Below, piece after piece: positions 56,937 to 64,000 of a DNA stretch of 64,000 nucleotides. The notes under the pieces were generated by a model, which was given only the letters and a program-made list of their open reading frames with translations, ran no database searches and was not told the origin of the DNA. The DNA is taken from positions 14,260,001 to 14,324,000 of the forward strand of contig OX597836.1 of the NCBI GenBank assembly GCA_951406725.2, given 5' to 3'. Position 1 is the first letter of the stretch; every line of letters starts with the position of its first letter. The translations under genes were made by a program, and so were the position numbers. The stretch comes from Octopus vulgaris (lineage: Eukaryota).

Positions 56937-57131
56937 TTCTGTCTGTCTGTCTGCTTCTCCCTCTCTCCCCTTATCTCTTTCTCTACCTCTCTTCCTAGTG
57001 TTCTTTACTGCTACCACTTTCTTTCTGGCGTTGTTATTTGCCTTCTTTTACGGATCACTCTGAACACCATCTGCATGCGTGTGTATATATATATAAACCT
57101 ATATATACGTATGTGTTTGTGTGTTTTATGC

Positions 57132-57179
<48 letters not shown>

Positions 57180-57202
57180 GTGTGCATCTATATGTATATA
57201 TC

Positions 57203-57870
<668 letters not shown>

Positions 57871-58041
57871 TGTATGTGTGTGTGTATGTGTTTATTAATT
57901 CATATTAACAAGGAAAAATGGTTGACAGTGAATTTGAATGATGAGTTCTTTGCCATAGGATAGTGAGTGATCCTTGAACAATTAAATATTTAACTATTTC
58001 TTTTTTTATATATAACTTTTATTTAAAAACAAATATTAATA

Positions 58042-58112
<71 letters not shown>

Positions 58113-58294
58113 TGCGTGTGTGCAAGGCGGCGAGCTGGCAAATTCGTTATTATACCTGGCAAAATGTTTAGCGGCATTTCGACGGTCTATATGTTCTGAG
58201 TTCAAATGCAGAAGTTGACTATGCCTTACATCCTTTTGGGGTCGATTGCTTCGACTTACCCGTTTCTCACAAAATTTCAGTAGTTTTTCCATTT

Positions 58295-58380
58295 GAAGCT
58301 CTTGGTGCAACAGGAGATAGAAGCTCTGTTCAAGAGTGCCGAAATCACTATGAGTTCCAGATCTACAGCTGATGAAGGTC
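58295..58380 (+). ncRNA. Decayed permuted-hammerhead-like motif (third variant)
   Basis: GAAGCUC..UGGUG-caa-CAGGAGAU...GCC-GAAA-UCACUA-U-GAGUUC..AUCUACAG-CUGAUGA-A-GGUC. Same strand order and spacing, but the cleavage triplet and 2 stem-I pairs are lost. The U-rich tail ends TCCTGTAACCCA, like family A. Confidence 0.4.
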
Positions 58381-58501
58381 TCATTATGTATATTTTACTT
58401 TGCTCTTGTTTGTTCCATATTATTCGCCTCCTTTGTCTCCTGTACTTATTTTTCTTCCTGTAACCCACACATAATATATATATATATATATTTATATGTT
58501 G

Positions 58502-58543
<42 letters not shown>

Positions 58544-58588
58544 CTTATGTATGTATGTATGTATATATATGATTACCTCATTTCTCCT

Positions 58589-58623
58589 AATATATAATAC
58601 CTGTACATCATCTCCAAACCTTC

Positions 58624-58696
<73 letters not shown>

Positions 58697-58731
58697 CCAG
58701 TTTTGGAGATGATGTACATGTATTATATATT
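58589..58731. repeat. 30-bp inverted repeat enclosing (TA)n
   Basis: AATATATAATACCTGTACATCATCTCCAAA / TTTGGAGATGATGTACATGTATTATATATT with 1 mismatch; the left arm recurs at ~49831-49885. Confidence 0.85.
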
Positions 58732-59902
58732 AATGCCTTAATATTGAATTTTAACATACGATGCACAAGGTCAATAATGGGTGGGGGTAGAGAGTTGAGG
58801 GCCCTGATTAGTATGGATTGGTTCATATCGACCTTGGAATGGTGAAAAAGAAATTCAACCCCGATAGGATTTGAACTTAGAAAGGCAAGACAACATAATT
58901 AAACACTGCACGGTACTTTGGCCGGCGCTCCACCGACTCGTCTGCTCTCTAACACATTGTGTTGCTGTTTAATATTCACATCAGGAACTAAAACATAGAC
59001 AATATTTACATACGTTATTGGAGGACGAGGGAATTCAGAGAGGGGTGGTTGGAGAGAGAGAAGTAGGAGGTGGCAGAGAGGGGTGATTGGGGAGAGGGAG
59101 AGAGAGGGAGGGGTTTAAGGGAAATGAAGTTTGAGAGAGGAAAGGTTGGAGGAGGGAGATGTCAGAAAGAGAGAAAGAGGGGAGAGATAGAGAAGATTGG
59201 AGGTTAGAGAGCAGGGGTTTTGAGATAGGGAGGCTTGAGAGAAGAGAAGGTTAGAGAGAGAGAGAGAGAGAGAGGGAGGGAGAGACAGGGATATAGAAGG
59301 GGTTAGAGAGAGGTAGATGTTAGAAAGAGAGGGAGTTTGGGAGAGGTGGAAAGTTAGAATACAGTGGTTAGGGAGAGGGTAAATGCTAAAGAGAAAGAAT
59401 AAGAGAGAGAGAGAGAGGGACTGAGGCTAGAGACAGGAAGTGAGTAAATGCTAAAGAGAAAGAATGAGAGAGAGAAAGTGAGAGAGCGAGAGAAAGAGAG
59501 ACAGAGAGAGTAAGAGAGAGAGAGAGAGAGAGAGAGACTGAGGCTAGAGATAGGAAGAGACGGGAAGTGAAAAGAAGTGGGTGAGGTTAAGGGGGTAAGG
59601 GGAGAAAAGAAAGACAATGAAAAAGAAAGTGAGAGAGAAAGAGAGAGGGTAAACGCTATCTTTTCTTTTCTTTTCTACATCGCATTTTGTTCTTGGTTCT
59701 TAGAACAACACCATCACAAGCGAATGCGCGCACACACACACAATGATATATGCACACATACACACACATATGCACACGCACGCACAACACGAATATTTAT
59801 ATATGTAAGTATACACACACACACACACATACACACACATATTTATATATGTGTATGCATGAATGCATAGATCCATATTCATACATGCTTAGATACATAC
59901 AT

Positions 59903-59937
<35 letters not shown>

Positions 59938-59980
59938 CACACACGCAAATATATCTATCCTTAAATATATGCATACACGC

Positions 59981-60011
<31 letters not shown>

Positions 60012-60242
60012 TACATACATACATACATACATACATACATACATACATACATACATACATACATACATACATACATACATACATACATACATACATACAT
60101 ACATACACACACACATACATACATACATACATACATACATACATACATACATACATACATACATGCATATAGTGTTAGGGAAGCAAAGAGAATGATAGAT
60201 AAATTAATAGATAGATATAAATAGACAGAAAGACAGACAGAC

Positions 60243-60329
<87 letters not shown>

Positions 60330-60338
60330 AAGAAAGAT

Positions 60339-60369
<31 letters not shown>

Positions 60370-61251
60370 TAGATAGACAGACAAATAGATAGATACTCTC
60401 ATCACCAACACCACCTCCACCCTCACAACAACCACCTTCGCCGCCGCCGCTACCACCACCACCACCACCACCACCACCACCTCCACCACCACCACCTCCA
60501 CCACAACCACAACTCATCAATGCTACCAACACCACCTCCACCATCACCACCTCGACCACTACGACGACCACCACCACCACTCATCAATGCTACCATCAGC
60601 AACGCCACCCAGACCCTTCACGAATACCACAACCATACCTTCCACCGCAACCCCTTCGTCTGCCATCTTTACTGTATTCTAAAGTCATGTGACATCAATT
60701 GACATCTTTTTATTAAAGAGAATTGCTTACAGCTATGGAGTCGGTCTTTTGATGCGCGGCCGTGTGGGTGGTAGTGCGAGGTGGTGCTGTGACGTAGCGT
60801 TGTGGTAATATTGATGTTGGTGGTGGAGTGTTTGTGCTGTTGTTGTTAGTGGTGATTGTAGTAGCGGTGGTAGTGTTAAAGTAGTTGTTGTTGTTGTTGG
60901 TGGTGGTGGTACTGTTATTGCTGTTAATAGTGGGGGTGTTGGCGGTAGTACTGGTAATGGTGATGATGATGTTGGTGTTGTTAGTGGTAGGAGTGGTGCC
61001 TGTGATGGTGGTGGTGACGCTGGTTGTAGTGGTGATGGTGGTTGTGATGGTTGTGCTGGCTGTGGTGGTTGTGGTAGTGGTGGTTGTGGTAGCGGTGGTT
61101 GTGGTAATTGTGATGGTGGTGGAGGCAGTGATGACAATGGTGGCGGCAGCAATAGTGGGGATGGTGGTCGTGGTGGTGGGAGTGGTGATGGAAGTTGTGT
61201 TGATTGTGGAGGTTGTGGTATTGGAAACTGATAGATAGTATATATATATCG

Positions 61252-61298
<47 letters not shown>

Positions 61299-61491
61299 AT
61301 CTGTGTTTGTCACCCCATCATCGCTTGACAACCGATGTTTATGCGTCTACATCCCTGTAACTTAGCTGTTCTGCAAAAGAAACCGATAGAATTAGTACTA
61401 GGCTTAAAAAGAAAAGTCCTGGGGTTGATTTGTTCGACTAAAGGCGGTGCTCTAGCTTGACCGCAGTCAAATGACTGAAACAAATATAAGA

Positions 61492-61522
<31 letters not shown>

Positions 61523-62218
61523 CAAACGTGTGTATCCCCAGACGTTTTGGAGACTGACATTTTGTAGATACAACTGGAATGTACTCTTTGTAATCTTTGG
61601 GCATTTACCTCTGCACTGAACCCAAAGAAGCAGGAACTATTCAAATTCCTAAATATATACAGAAATATATACAGCTCTGTAAAGACAACTGACAGCGTGT
61701 AACATAAGAACAACAAGTAGGGTTATATATACACTGAAATAAACATACTTATACTGTATATTTATTATTCCTATCTAAAGTTCTTTGTTTCTAGTATTTA
61801 GACATTGCATCTCGTGCACATCTCCAGCCTTTAACAGCAGGGGTAATAAGTCATACTGCAGCTAGTAATCCGAGAATTGAATGGTTGTTATACGACCAGA
61901 GTTTGCGGGCATTATAAGATTTAGATCAATATTAAAAAGAATTACAATTAACCCATCCAATGATTACTGAAAACTACCCGAAACGTCGCGCTATTTTTTA
62001 CTGCACACTACAGGGTTTTCGAATATTTGTATATGTAAAGTATACCTTACTTTGAATAAATATGCTGTTTGTATCTAGCGAGTCGTAAAATCCGTGATCC
62101 AGTATAAAATACAGCATAAACTGCTTGACGAACAGCAACGTGAAACTCTGAGTAACAGTTTTTGTGATATTTTTGCAGCTTTTTTGTGATAATTTTGCAA
62201 CTCTTCTCCCTAAAACTA

Positions 62219-62450
62219 AGGCGGTAAAGATATGCAGTGATATACATCTGGAAAATCTTGGAAGGCCTTGTAACAAACTTTGACAATGAAACTTACACAA
62301 ACAGCAGAACGGAGCGGCACTGCATAGCGCCAAAGATCTCAGCATCGCCCTGAAAATACAGGACCAGATACTGCAACAGCTTGGGTTCCAAGGGCCCACA
62401 GCTCTTCAATTGCTCTTCAAAATGCCTGAGGGACCTGCATAGTGTGGATG
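62219..62450 (+). pseudogene. CR1/L2-group LINE ORF2 C-terminal fragment
   Basis: RR*RYAVIYIWKILEGLV.NF...TNSRTERHC..YCNSLGSKGPQLFN..KCLRDL, a typical LINE C-terminus, with stops. Confidence 0.75.
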
Positions 62451-62942
62451 AATTTCGCATTTGTCACCCTTATTAACCAGTTTAGAACAGTTAGATTTTG
62501 CTATAACGCACATTTTCCTCTGAACTCGACCAGAATATTTACGTAACTAGGTGGACACTAGTTTGATAGTTGAGCTCTGATTGGCTGTATGCAAATGAGT
62601 TCATAACTGGGGTCCGGAACTTTCGTGGGAAAAAACAAAACTGGATCTCATTTGTGTCAAGGGTTCCATATGAACCTACCTCACAGCAAGAAACACAGAC
62701 AAGAAAACAGCATCAAACTCCCTCATTCACCAAATGTCACAGATCAGAGGAGGCTTCAAATAATGAAGGTATAGCACAGCCAACGGTAGTGCCCCAGCAT
62801 GACCACAGGTTTAAAGGTGAAACAAGTTAAAGAGTTATGCACACACACACGCACACACACACATACTATTATATGCGTGTGTGTGCGTGTGTATCTATAT
62901 ATAAACATATATCATATATACCTGTTTTGTATCTATGTATGC

Positions 62943-62999
<57 letters not shown>

Positions 63000-63524
63000 T
63001 ATACGTATATGTATATATATGTATGTATGAATATATATATATGTGTGTATGTGTGTGTGTGTGTGTGTGTATTATGCATACATTTTCATATGCACTCAAA
63101 GACACGCACACACACACACAGACTATTTATTTTTCAGACCAAACGGCTACCCAACGATGCAGACAACCACCCAGACAACCGCCCAGACATCCCACCAACC
63201 TACTGAACAACCAGACACTCGTCCAGCCAATCATCCGTCTAACTCTGTCCTCATATTGCCCACCCCTGACACCCATCTACCCGTCCAATCTCCAACCATT
63301 GCATACTTCTCCTCTCTCCCGCTCTTCCCCCTCCCTCACTATTGCCACACAGCACACAGGGTCGCAATTACGGTTTTGGATTCGCTTGCCATGTGGTTTT
63401 AGTTTGGGTGCCACCCAGGTCGGTACACCACAGGGAAATACACACACACACACACACACACGCTCACAATACTGTATATGTATACATGTGTGTACACATG
63501 CATACATACATACATACATATATA

Positions 63525-63567
<43 letters not shown>

Positions 63568-63698
63568 GTGTGTGTATATACATATACACATATATATATA
63601 TACATACAAACACACACAGGGAAAGAGATAAGGGGATTGAAATATGACGGATACAAGGAAAGTCAGATAGATAGATTGATAGATATATGAATGGATAG

Positions 63699-63780
<82 letters not shown>

Positions 63781-63809
63781 GTGGTGTGTGTGTGTGTGTG
63801 TGTGTGTGT

Positions 63810-63885
<76 letters not shown>

Positions 63886-64000
63886 GTATATATAAGTGTG
63901 TGTGTGTATAGCTACATTTGCTTTTGTTCATAGACCTGTTGTTCGTCTTTTGTTTTTCTGTATGTATGTATGTATGTATGTATGTATGTATGTATGTATG

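Noticed and set aside
61535-62215. Non-repetitive block, possibly a DNA transposon or exon
   Set aside because: No recognisable protein motif, TIR pair or splice pattern; left unassigned.

Overview
Eukaryotic, gene-poor, extremely microsatellite-rich DNA. It is most likely octopus/cephalopod, inferred from the SINE families and the (TA)n/(TATG)n/(GAT)n/(CCA)n load. No intact host protein-coding gene or exon could be supported; almost all listed ORFs are translations of simple repeats. The recognisable content is decayed transposons: a full-length but frameshifted mariner, an internally inverted mariner, a DUF4817-type Tc1/mariner relic, a Merlin relic, R4/Dong LINE pieces in (TAA)n, a CR1-type LINE tail, a Penelope-like GIY-YIG relic, piggyBac and hAT MITEs, a Helitron-like end and several tRNA-derived SINE families. 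The most interesting signal is a set of short U-rich repeats next to microsatellites that carry hammerhead-ribozyme cores. At 21.1, 37.7 and 57.6 kb (decayed at 58.3 kb; truncated at 2.5 and 50.0 kb) the three hammerhead strands occur in a NON-circularly permuted, pseudoknotted order: III-UH-I / II'-GAAA-III' / I'-CUGANGA-II, with an extra helix. Compensatory base changes between copies and the same layout in two sequence-unrelated families support this fold. A separate family carries ordinary minimal type-I (Penelope-type) hammerheads. All structures were folded by eye; activity is untested.
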